In this document: positions 32,402 through 39,736 of the stretch, piece after piece
How positions within the stretch are numbered: the stretch's first letter is position 1
How the letters are laid out: each line of letters opens with the position of its first letter
Origin: an uncultured Acidobacteriota bacterium
GTDB taxonomy: Bacteria > Acidobacteriota > Vicinamibacteria > Fen-336
Assembly: GCA_963700695.1 (NCBI GenBank)
Contig: CAVOYO010000012.1
Span: forward strand, 446,614 to 510,613
Reading direction: 5' to 3'
Length of the DNA: 64,000 nt
Notes under the pieces: model-generated
Told to the model about the DNA's origin: nothing
Databases searched by the model: none
What the model saw: only the letters and a program-made list of their open reading frames with translations
Made by a program: the position numbers and the translations under genes

Positions 32402-32911
32402 ATGAAGGTGCTCCTTTCTTTCGAGCAGATCCAGGCGCGCATTCGGGAGATGGGGAAGCAGATAGCGACCGACTACAACGGGCGTGAGCCACACCTCGTG
32501 GGCGTGCTCAAGGGGGCATGCCCCTTCATGACCGATCTGGCGCAGGCCATCGATCTGCCTCTCACGCTCGACTTCATCGCCGTCTCCTCCTACGGCCGGG
32601 CCACGAAGTCCACCGGCGAGGTGAAGCTCGTCAAGGATCTGGACCAGGGGCTCGACGGCCGGGACCTGCTGGTGGTCGAGGACATCGTCGACACCGGCCT
32701 CACGCTGAACTACCTCACCAACCTGCTGGGGGCGCGTGGGCCGCGGTCCCTCAAGGTCGTCGCGCTGCTCTCGAAGCCCTCCCGGCGCCTCGTCAGCGTC
32801 CACGTCGACTACGTCGGCTTCACGATCGAGGACGAGTTCGTGGTCGGCTATGGCCTGGACTACAACGAGCGCTACCGCAACCTGAAGGACATAGTGGTCT
32901 ATGGTGGATAG
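32402..32911 (+). CDS. hpt: Hypoxanthine phosphoribosyltransferase
   Basis: PRPP-binding loop LLVVEDIVDTGLTL. Also HLVGVLKGACPFMTDL and EFVVGYGLDYNERYRNL. Confidence 0.9.
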   Translation: MKVLLSFEQIQARIREMGKQIATDYNGREPHLVGVLKGACPFMTDLAQAIDLPLTLDFIAVSSYGRATKSTGEVKLVKDLDQGLDGRDLLVVEDIVDTGLTLNYLTNLLGARGPRSLKVVALLSKPSRRLVSVHVDYVGFTIEDEFVVGYGLDYNERYRNLKDIVVYGG

Positions 32912-33813
32912 GGGGCCAGCGCTTTTCTGACGTGGCCGTCCGCGCGATCGAGCCTCGCGCGCGCCTCTGAGACGTCGCTGCCCAGCCGTCCCATCACGAT
33001 GGCCGTCTTGACCTCGCCGTCGGCGGCGGCGAGGAGGCGGGCGGCCTTCGCCGCGCCCACGTCGGCGGCGGCGGCCACGATGCGCCGGCTGCGGTCGACG
33101 AGCTTGTCCGAGCTGGGCCTCAGGTCGACCATCAGGTTCTCGTAGGCCTTCCCGAGGCGCACCATGGCCGCGGTCGTGATCGCGTTGAGCACCGCCTTCG
33201 TGGCGGACCCGGCCTTGAGACGCGTGGAGCCGGTGAGAACCTCGGGCCCGGTCACAGTGGCGATCACGACGTCGGCGAGTCCGCGGAGCCCGCGGCCCGG
33301 GGCGCAGGTGACGAGGACGGTCCGAGCCCCTTTCGCCCGGGCCCCGGCGAGGCCGCCCCTGACGAAGGGTGTGACCGAGCTTGCGGAGATGCCGACGAGC
33401 AGGTCGCGCCGCCGCAGCCGCCGGCCCTCGCGGCGGCCGTGGTCCTCCCGATCCTCCGCGCCTTCTTCGGAGCGGAACACGGAGTGCTGGCCGCCGGCCA
33501 TGACCGCGCGGACTCGGCGCGGGTCGGTACCGAAGGTGGGGGGACACTCGGCCGCCTCCAGCACGCCCAGACGCCCGCTGGTGCCCGCCCCGAGGAACAC
33601 GAGGTCTCCGCCGCCGGCCAGGGTCTCGGCGGCGAGGTGGGCGGCCCGGGCGATGGCGCGGCTCTCGCACCCGGCCGCGAGCAGGGCCCGGCGGTCCTCG
33701 TCCAGCAGCAGGGCGACGACGCGCTCGGTGGGCATCGCGTCCAGGCGCCGGCTGCGGGGGTTGCGTCTCTCGGTGAGGAGACGGCCCCAGCGGCCCTTCG
33801 GCGCGGGACTCAG
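32899..33813 (-). CDS. murQ: N-acetylmuramic acid 6-phosphate etherase (start codon uncertain)
   Basis: LTERRNPRSRRLD, a SIS domain (FLGAGTSGRLG) and GSTRLKAGSATK are present. No ATG, GTG or TTG lies upstream of the TERRNP motif. The only candidate start is CTG at 33813, overlapping the cdd stop (CTGA). Confidence 0.75.
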   Translation of the reverse strand: MSPAPKGRWGRLLTERRNPRSRRLDAMPTERVVALLLDEDRRALLAAGCESRAIARAAHLAAETLAGGGDLVFLGAGTSGRLGVLEAAECPPTFGTDPRRVRAVMAGGQHSVFRSEEGAEDREDHGRREGRRLRRRDLLVGISASSVTPFVRGGLAGARAKGARTVLVTCAPGRGLRGLADVVIATVTGPEVLTGSTRLKAGSATKAVLNAITTAAMVRLGKAYENLMVDLRPSSDKLVDRSRRIVAAAADVGAAKAARLLAAADGEVKTAIVMGRLGSDVSEARARLDRADGHVRKALAPYPP

Positions 33814-34235
33814 AGGTTCCTCCGGTCGAAGGGCAGCGGCAGCAGCTCGCTCAGCCGCAGCGTGCGGGACCGGCCTTTGAGGTCGACCATGCGGACCCAG
33901 ACGTTGCCGCAGAACTCCCACAGGATCTGCCGACAGGGTCCACAGGGGGGAGTCAGGCGAGGTGCGTCGGCCACGATGGCAATCGCGGCGAACTCCCCGA
34001 GCCCCTCCGAGACTGCCTTGAACACCGCCACGCGCTCGGCGCACATGGAGAGCCCGTACGAGGCGTTTTCGATGTTGCAGCCGGTGACGATCTCGCCCCC
34101 ACGCGTCTTCAGCGCAGCCCCCACCCGAAAGCCCGAGTAGGGCGCGTGGGCCCGCTCGCGCGCTTCGCGCGCCAGGCGAGCCATCTCGGCGAGGCTGGTG
34201 GGCGAGGGGCGGCGCATCCCGCGGGAAAAGGTCAT
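33810..34235 (-). CDS. cdd: Cytidine deaminase
   Basis: Zinc motifs CAERVA and PCGPCRQ are present. The ATG at 34235 overlaps the upstream stop (ATGA). Confidence 0.9.
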   Translation of the reverse strand: MTFSRGMRRPSPTSLAEMARLAREARERAHAPYSGFRVGAALKTRGGEIVTGCNIENASYGLSMCAERVAVFKAVSEGLGEFAAIAIVADAPRLTPPCGPCRQILWEFCGNVWVRMVDLKGRSRTLRLSELLPLPFDRRNL

Positions 34236-35062
34236 GGCTCCTCCACCGCCTCGGCCACGACGCGGTTCAGGACGTCGAGGAGCGTCGAGCGCAGCCGCTC
34301 CGCGACCACGAGGACATCCCGATGATCCAGGGGTGCGTCGGAGACACCGGCGGCCGGGTTCGTCAGGCACGACAGGGCCAGCACCCGCATGCCGAGGTGG
34401 CGCGCCGCGATGACCTCGGGCACGGTGGACATCCCGACGGCGTCGGCCCCCAGGGTCCGGGCCATGCGAATCTCGGCCGGTGTCTCATAGGAAGGGCCGG
34501 TCATCGCGATGTAGACGCCCTCGTGGACGGTGACGCCGGCCGCCGCGCAGGCCCGGGCCGCCGCCTCCCGTAGCCCCGGATCGTAGGCGTGGGTCATGTC
34601 GGGGAAGCGGGGTCCGAGCTCGGTCGCGTTCGGGCCGACCAGCGGGTTGCCGAGCAGGTTGATGTGGTCGCTCAGGATCATCAGCTCGCCGGCCCGGAAG
34701 GCCGGGTTGATGGCGCCGGCGGCGTTCGTGAGGACGAGGGTCCGAACCCCCAGACGCCCGAGGACCCGCACCGGAAAGACGACATCGTCGAGCGGTCGGC
34801 CCTCGTAGAAGTGGATCCGTCCCTTGAGGGCGGCCACGGGGACACCCCCCGCCCGCCCGAGCACGAGGGCGCCGGTGTGGCCGGCGACGGTCGGAGCGGG
34901 CACGTGCGGAATCTCGTCGTAGGGGATGGCGACCGCGTCCTCCAGGGTGTCCGCGAAGCCGCCGAGGCCGGAGCCGAGGACGACGCCGACCGAGGGTCGG
35001 AGCGATGTGCGGTTGCGCACCGTGGCCACCGCCTCGTCGAGCCGGGGCAGGAGATCCTTCAC
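34232..35062 (-). CDS. Purine nucleoside phosphorylase (trimeric PNP/MTAP family)
   Basis: GSGLGGFAD, GRIHFYEG, LTNAAGAIN and GMSTVPEVIAARH are present. Confidence 0.85.
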   Translation of the reverse strand: MKDLLPRLDEAVATVRNRTSLRPSVGVVLGSGLGGFADTLEDAVAIPYDEIPHVPAPTVAGHTGALVLGRAGGVPVAALKGRIHFYEGRPLDDVVFPVRVLGRLGVRTLVLTNAAGAINPAFRAGELMILSDHINLLGNPLVGPNATELGPRFPDMTHAYDPGLREAAARACAAAGVTVHEGVYIAMTGPSYETPAEIRMARTLGADAVGMSTVPEVIAARHLGMRVLALSCLTNPAAGVSDAPLDHRDVLVVAERLRSTLLDVLNRVVAEAVEEP

Positions 35063-36441
35063 AGGATCATCCCCGCCAGAGTCGCCGACATGAAAGCGGC
35101 CAGGTTACCCGCCACCATGGCGCGGAGGCCGAAGCGGGCGAGGTCGCTCCGGCGGGACGGGGCGAGGCCGCCGATGCCGCCGATCTGGATGCCGATGCTC
35201 GCGAAGTTGGCGAACCCGAGCAGCGCGTAGGCGGAGATGATCGTGGCCCGTGGGGACAGAGCCACCGCCCCCGCGGTCACGTCCGTCGCGAACCGGGCGT
35301 AGGCCACGAACTCGGTCAGGACCACCTTCAGGCCGATGAGGCCCCCCACGTACCCGGTCTCGTGCCACGGGACACCCATCACCCACGTCAACGGTCTGAG
35401 GACGACACCGAAGATGGACTGGAGGCTGAGGCCCTCGATGCCGACGAGCGTGCCCGCCCACCCGATGCCGAAGTTCGCCATGGCGATGAGGGCGATGAAG
35501 GCCATCAGCATCCCGCCGACGTTGAGGGCGAGCTGCACCCCCGTCGCGGCCCCGCTGGCCGCCGACTCCACGACGTTGGCGTCGGTCCGCTCGACGACCA
35601 CGTGGAGGGCGTCGCGGGACATGGGCGTCTCCGTCTCCGGCCGAATGATCTTGGACAGGAGCAGGCCGGCGGGGGCGTTCATCACGCTCGCGGCAAGCAG
35701 GTGCCCCGCGATGTCGGGGAAGAAGCTGTGGAGCATCATGACGTAGGCGGCGAAGACCCCCCCGGCGACGGTCGCAAAGCCCCCGACCATGACCGTGAAG
35801 AGCTCGGACGAGGTGAGCTTCTCGACGAAGGGCTTGATGAGCAGCGGTGCCTCCGTCTGCCCGAGGAAGATGTTTCCGCTCGCCGACAGCGTCTCCGCGC
35901 CCGAGGTGCGCAGGGTGCGCTGCATCACCCAGGCCAGGCCCTTGACGACCATCTGCATGACGCCCAGGTAGTACAGGACCGACATCAAGGCGGAGAAGAA
36001 GATGATGGTCGGCAGCACCCCGAACGCGAACAGCGACCCGGTGCTCGCCACGAATCCCGCGGTCGTGTCCAGGCTGTCGCCGGGCCCTGGCGTGCCCACC
36101 GGCACCGTGTTGCCAATCAGGTTGCCAAAGATGAACCGCGCGCCCTCGCCGCTGAACGACAGGAGACCGTTCACCACGTCGCCGACCCCCGCGAAGAACC
36201 ACCGCCCCGGGGTCGTCTTGAGCACGAGGACCCCGAAGGTGGCCTGGAGGAGGAGGCCCATGCCGACGAGCCGCCAGGGCACCCGCCGCCGGTCGTAGCT
36301 GAGGAGCCACGCGATGGCGAGGATGGCGGCGAGGCCCAGCAGGCCCGTGGCCCGTTGGAGGAGGCTGATCTCCAGTCCGCCCTCGCGCATCTGGGCCAGG
36401 GGACCGGTCGCGGCGATCAACGTCAGTAGCAAGCTGGACAA
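35059..36441 (-). CDS. nupC: Concentrative nucleoside transporter (NupC/CNT family)
   Basis: Intact polytopic ORF with CNT-like blocks (GEGARFIFGNL, FAFGVLPTIIFFSALMSVLYYLG, GFANFASIGIQIGG). The start could instead be ATG 36390. Confidence 0.8.
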   Translation of the reverse strand: MSSLLLTLIAATGPLAQMREGGLEISLLQRATGLLGLAAILAIAWLLSYDRRRVPWRLVGMGLLLQATFGVLVLKTTPGRWFFAGVGDVVNGLLSFSGEGARFIFGNLIGNTVPVGTPGPGDSLDTTAGFVASTGSLFAFGVLPTIIFFSALMSVLYYLGVMQMVVKGLAWVMQRTLRTSGAETLSASGNIFLGQTEAPLLIKPFVEKLTSSELFTVMVGGFATVAGGVFAAYVMMLHSFFPDIAGHLLAASVMNAPAGLLLSKIIRPETETPMSRDALHVVVERTDANVVESAASGAATGVQLALNVGGMLMAFIALIAMANFGIGWAGTLVGIEGLSLQSIFGVVLRPLTWVMGVPWHETGYVGGLIGLKVVLTEFVAYARFATDVTAGAVALSPRATIISAYALLGFANFASIGIQIGGIGGLAPSRRSDLARFGLRAMVAGNLAAFMSATLAGMIL

Positions 36442-36460
36442 TCGTCCTCCTTGGGCGGGG

Positions 36461-37762
36461 TCAGGTGAGAATGTCGATCACGAGCCGGCGGGGCTGCGGG
36501 GCCTGGGACCGTACCTCGATCGCCCCTCGCAGAAGGGCCAGGGCCGGATCCAGCTGCGCCTTCGAGCGCAGGTGAACCGTCACGATCGGCTCGTTGAGCG
36601 CGACCGGATCTCCGACCTTCTTGTGGAACACGAACCCGACGGCGGAGTCGATGGTGCCGTCGACGGTCTCGCGGCCCGCCCCAAGGAGCATGGCCGCCCG
36701 GCCCACGGCCCGGGCCGCGATACGAGCCACCCGGCCGTCGCGCTCCGATCGGACCACGACCGTCTCCGGGGCCTGGGGCAGTCGCGAGGGTCCGTCGCAG
36801 ACGCGCGGGTCGCCGCCCTGGAGCTCGATCACCTCTCGCAGCTTCTCGAGCCCGGCCCCGGAGCGGAGGGCCTCCCGGACCTCGGCCCGCGCGGCTTCCA
36901 GGGCGACCTTCTTGGACAGATGGAGCATCCAGGCCGCGAGCTCCACCGAGAGCGACTCCAGATCCTTCGGACCTCGTCCCTTCAGGGTCTCGACGCACTC
37001 CGCCACCTCGAGGGCGTTGCCCACGGCGCGGCCGAGGGGTTGGTCCATGCGGGTCAGGAGGGCGACGACGCGGCGCTTCATCCCCCGGCCGATGGCGATC
37101 ATGGTCTCGGCCAGGGCGCGGGCTTCGTCCTCGGAGCGCAGGAAGGCCCCGTCGCCGCACTTGACGTCCAGGACGAGGGCGTCGATCCCCTCCGCCATCT
37201 TCTTGCTCATGATCGACGCGGCGATGAGCGGGGGGCTCTCCACCGTGGCCGTCACGTCGCGCAGGGCGTAGAGCCTCCGGTCGGCGGGGGCGATCTCCGG
37301 GGTCTGGCCGATGAGGCCCATCCCGCATCGGGCGAGGACGGACCGGAACTCGGCCAGGCTCAGGTTCACCCGGAAGCCGGAAATGGACTCGAGCTTGTCG
37401 AGGGTTCCGCCGGTGTGCCCGAGCCCGCGGCCCGAGATCATGGGGACGACGATCCCGCAGGCCGCGGCCAGGGGGGCCAGGACCAGGCTCGTCTTGTCGC
37501 CGACCCCGCCCGTCGAGTGCTTGTCCGCCTTCGGGCCGGGAAGATCGGACAGATCGAGGACCTCGCCGGAGCGCATCATCGACTCGGTCAGGGCCGAGGT
37601 CTCGGCCTGCGTCATGCCGCGGAAGAACACGGCCATGGCCAGCGCCGCGGCCTGGTAGTCGGGGATCTCGCCCCGGGCGTAGCCGCGGACGAAGAAGTCG
37701 ATCTCCTCTCCGTTGAGCTCGCCGCCGTCGCGCTTGCGTTGGATCAGGTCGACGGCCCGCAC
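36461..37762 (-). CDS. deoA: Thymidine/pyrimidine-nucleoside phosphorylase
   Basis: LIQRKRDG, DKHSTGGVGDKTSL and SGRGLGHTGGTLDKLE are present. GTG start at 37762. Confidence 0.9.
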   Translation of the reverse strand: MRAVDLIQRKRDGGELNGEEIDFFVRGYARGEIPDYQAAALAMAVFFRGMTQAETSALTESMMRSGEVLDLSDLPGPKADKHSTGGVGDKTSLVLAPLAAACGIVVPMISGRGLGHTGGTLDKLESISGFRVNLSLAEFRSVLARCGMGLIGQTPEIAPADRRLYALRDVTATVESPPLIAASIMSKKMAEGIDALVLDVKCGDGAFLRSEDEARALAETMIAIGRGMKRRVVALLTRMDQPLGRAVGNALEVAECVETLKGRGPKDLESLSVELAAWMLHLSKKVALEAARAEVREALRSGAGLEKLREVIELQGGDPRVCDGPSRLPQAPETVVVRSERDGRVARIAARAVGRAAMLLGAGRETVDGTIDSAVGFVFHKKVGDPVALNEPIVTVHLRSKAQLDPALALLRGAIEVRSQAPQPRRLVIDILT

Positions 37763-37765
37763 CCC

Positions 37766-38092
37766 TCAGCCCTTCTTCTGCGCCTTGATCCTCTCGACCT
37801 CGGCCCAGAGGTCGCGCTTCTTGCGAGCCGGGGCCGCCGGCGCGGGCGGCGGCTCGGGCGGCTTGGGCATGGAGGCGAGCACCTGCTCCATCAGCGTCTT
37901 CTTGTCGCCCTTCGACTTCCTCTTCGTGGGGACCTGGGCGCGGCGATAGTCGTGGGCGTTGTGGCAAGTGCGGCAGGTCACCTTCGCAACCTCCCCCTCG
38001 AAGAGGCTGGTGACGTCGTGGTTCAAGAGCAGGCGGCAGCGCGGACAGTAGTCGTCGATCACGTCGCCGAGCCTGGGTGCACGATCCGACAT
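37766..38092 (-). CDS. Small zinc-ribbon protein with Lys/Pro-rich tail (first gene of the nucleoside operon)
   Basis: CPRC...CRTC are arranged as a four-Cys ribbon. The tail is basic (KRKSKGDKK...KKRDLWAEVERIKAQKKG). It ends 3 nt before the deoA start. Confidence 0.55.
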   Translation of the reverse strand: MSDRAPRLGDVIDDYCPRCRLLLNHDVTSLFEGEVAKVTCRTCHNAHDYRRAQVPTKRKSKGDKKTLMEQVLASMPKPPEPPPAPAAPARKKRDLWAEVERIKAQKKG

Positions 38093-38208
38093 CGGATCCT
38101 CCGACTGGTGGGTCGCCCGGAGTATAGCGCAGCGGGACCTCTCACGCGTCTCGCGACGAAGTCTGACGAAAAATCCGGGCTACAATTCCGCCGCGAGGAG
38201 CGAATCGG

Positions 38209-39195
38209 ATGCGCAACGCCGAGGTCATCCGGCAGTGGAAGATCCTGAAGACCATCGAGGCGGGCCGCTGGACGAGCGCGGCGGCCCTGGCCAAGGCGTA
38301 CGGGGTCACCGAGCGGACGATCCGGCGGGACCTCGAGGCGCTTCAGGAGGCCGGCTTCCCCCTCTACGACGACCGTCAGGATGGCAAGAAGGTGTGGCGG
38401 CTGATCGAGGGCTACCAGCAGCGCCTGTCCCAGAGCTTCACCCTGTCCGAGCTGGCCGCCCTCTACTTCAGCCGCAACATGCTGTCCTTCCTCGGAGGGG
38501 CGCCGTTCGCCTCGGATCTCGAGGCGGCGTTCGCCAAGATCCAGGAGGCCCTGCCCGAGCGCAGCCTGCCCTATCTCGCCCGCATCCAGGAGCTCTTCTC
38601 CGCCCGTCCCGACCCGTGGAAGGACTACTCCAGCAAGCAGGACGTGATCGCCGGCCTCATCGACGCCATCCTCCACCAGCGACAGGCGAAGATCGCCTAC
38701 TACTCCTTCCAGAGCCGGCGGACCAAGGCCTACACGCTGGACCCGTACCGCGTCGTCTACTACCGGGGAGGGCTCTACCTCTACGCCCGGGCCCACGAGT
38801 ACGGTGAGGTGCGGACGTTCGCGGTGGAGCGCGTCCAGAAGATGGAGGTCCTCGACGAGGGCTTCGAGGTCCCGGCGGACTTCAACGCCTCCGAGTACGC
38901 CCGCTCGGCCTTCGGCATCTCCGGGGGGAGGGCCGAGACGGTGGAGCTCGTGTTCCGCCCCGAGATGGCCGGCTACATCCGCGAGCGCACCTGGCACGAG
39001 AGCCAGCGGCTCTCGGAGGACGCCGACGGCTCGGTCCGTCTGGTCATGGACGTCGCCCTCGGATTCGAGCTCAAGGCCTGGATCAAGGGCTTCCTGCCCG
39101 ACGTCACGGTTGTCCGGCCCCCGGCGCTGCGCGAGGAGATCGCGCGCGAGCTCGAGGCCTCGCGCGCGGCCTTCCCCGCTCCGCGTGAGGGTTGA
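38209..39195 (+). CDS. HTH + WYL-domain transcriptional regulator
   Basis: DeoR/HTH_11-type N-terminus (AAALAKAYGVTERTIRRDLEALQEAGFPL). The WYL region is YTLDPYRVVYYRGGLYLYA. A WCX-like C-terminus is present. Confidence 0.85.
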   Translation: MRNAEVIRQWKILKTIEAGRWTSAAALAKAYGVTERTIRRDLEALQEAGFPLYDDRQDGKKVWRLIEGYQQRLSQSFTLSELAALYFSRNMLSFLGGAPFASDLEAAFAKIQEALPERSLPYLARIQELFSARPDPWKDYSSKQDVIAGLIDAILHQRQAKIAYYSFQSRRTKAYTLDPYRVVYYRGGLYLYARAHEYGEVRTFAVERVQKMEVLDEGFEVPADFNASEYARSAFGISGGRAETVELVFRPEMAGYIRERTWHESQRLSEDADGSVRLVMDVALGFELKAWIKGFLPDVTVVRPPALREEIARELEASRAAFPAPREG

Positions 39196-39207
39196 CCCCG
39201 CGTCCGA

Positions 39208-39717
39208 CTACCAGATGTCGATGTGGGGGTCCTCCTCGAGTTGCCCGGAGGGTCCGTCGAGGGTCACCTTGTATTCGACAAAGCAGGTGGACCCTTGGAC
39301 GCAGTCCGTTGGCCAATCGGGGAATCTACCTGTTGCCTCCGCATCGCCGGACTCGACGACGAGGTTCTTCCCGGGGCTCGTTGGCTTGACCTCGATCACC
39401 AGGCTCCTCTTGTACTGGTTGCACCGCGGGATGAAGGAAGTCTCCCAGATCAGTTCGTCCCCCACGCAGACGTTCAGCCGGTTCGGAACCGTCTTGAGGT
39501 GGCACTGGTCGTTCTTGTTCCACAAGACCATGACCATGGCCTTTCGGGGCCCGGCCCCGAGGACCTCTGGGCACGTGCGCGTGGGCTCGGGCGTCGGCTC
39601 GGGCGTGGGCTCGGGCGTGGGCCCGGGCGTGGGCACTAGCCCGCTGGACATCCCAAAATAGAGCAACAGCGCCCCGAGCGCGAACGCCCCTACGAACGCC
39701 AGGACGGTCTTCATCAC
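39208..39717 (-). CDS. Membrane-anchored/secreted Cys-rich protein with (PTPE)n linker
   Basis: Signal or TM segment MMKTVLAFVGAFALGALLLYFG, then PTPGPTPEPTPEPTPEPT, then a ~120-aa domain with 6 Cys. It starts 20 nt downstream of the kinase stop. I recognise no family. Confidence 0.55.
   Translation of the reverse strand: MMKTVLAFVGAFALGALLLYFGMSSGLVPTPGPTPEPTPEPTPEPTRTCPEVLGAGPRKAMVMVLWNKNDQCHLKTVPNRLNVCVGDELIWETSFIPRCNQYKRSLVIEVKPTSPGKNLVVESGDAEATGRFPDWPTDCVQGSTCFVEYKVTLDGPSGQLEEDPHIDIW
39581..39634. repeat. 12-bp coding tandem repeat (x4.5)
   Basis: Units gtgggctcgggc / gtcggctcgggc / gtgggctcgggc / gtgggcccgggc encode the PTPE linker on the minus strand. Confidence 0.8.
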
Positions 39718-39736
39718 GACCCTCCCTTCTTTCGCG

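Noticed and set aside
38209-39195. The WYL-domain regulator as a flag for an adjacent phage-defence system (BrxR/CapW-style).
   Set aside because: Its neighbours are a nucleoside catabolic operon (divergent) and a kinase plus small exported protein (convergent). No nuclease, helicase, methylase or CBASS/BREX-type genes are nearby.
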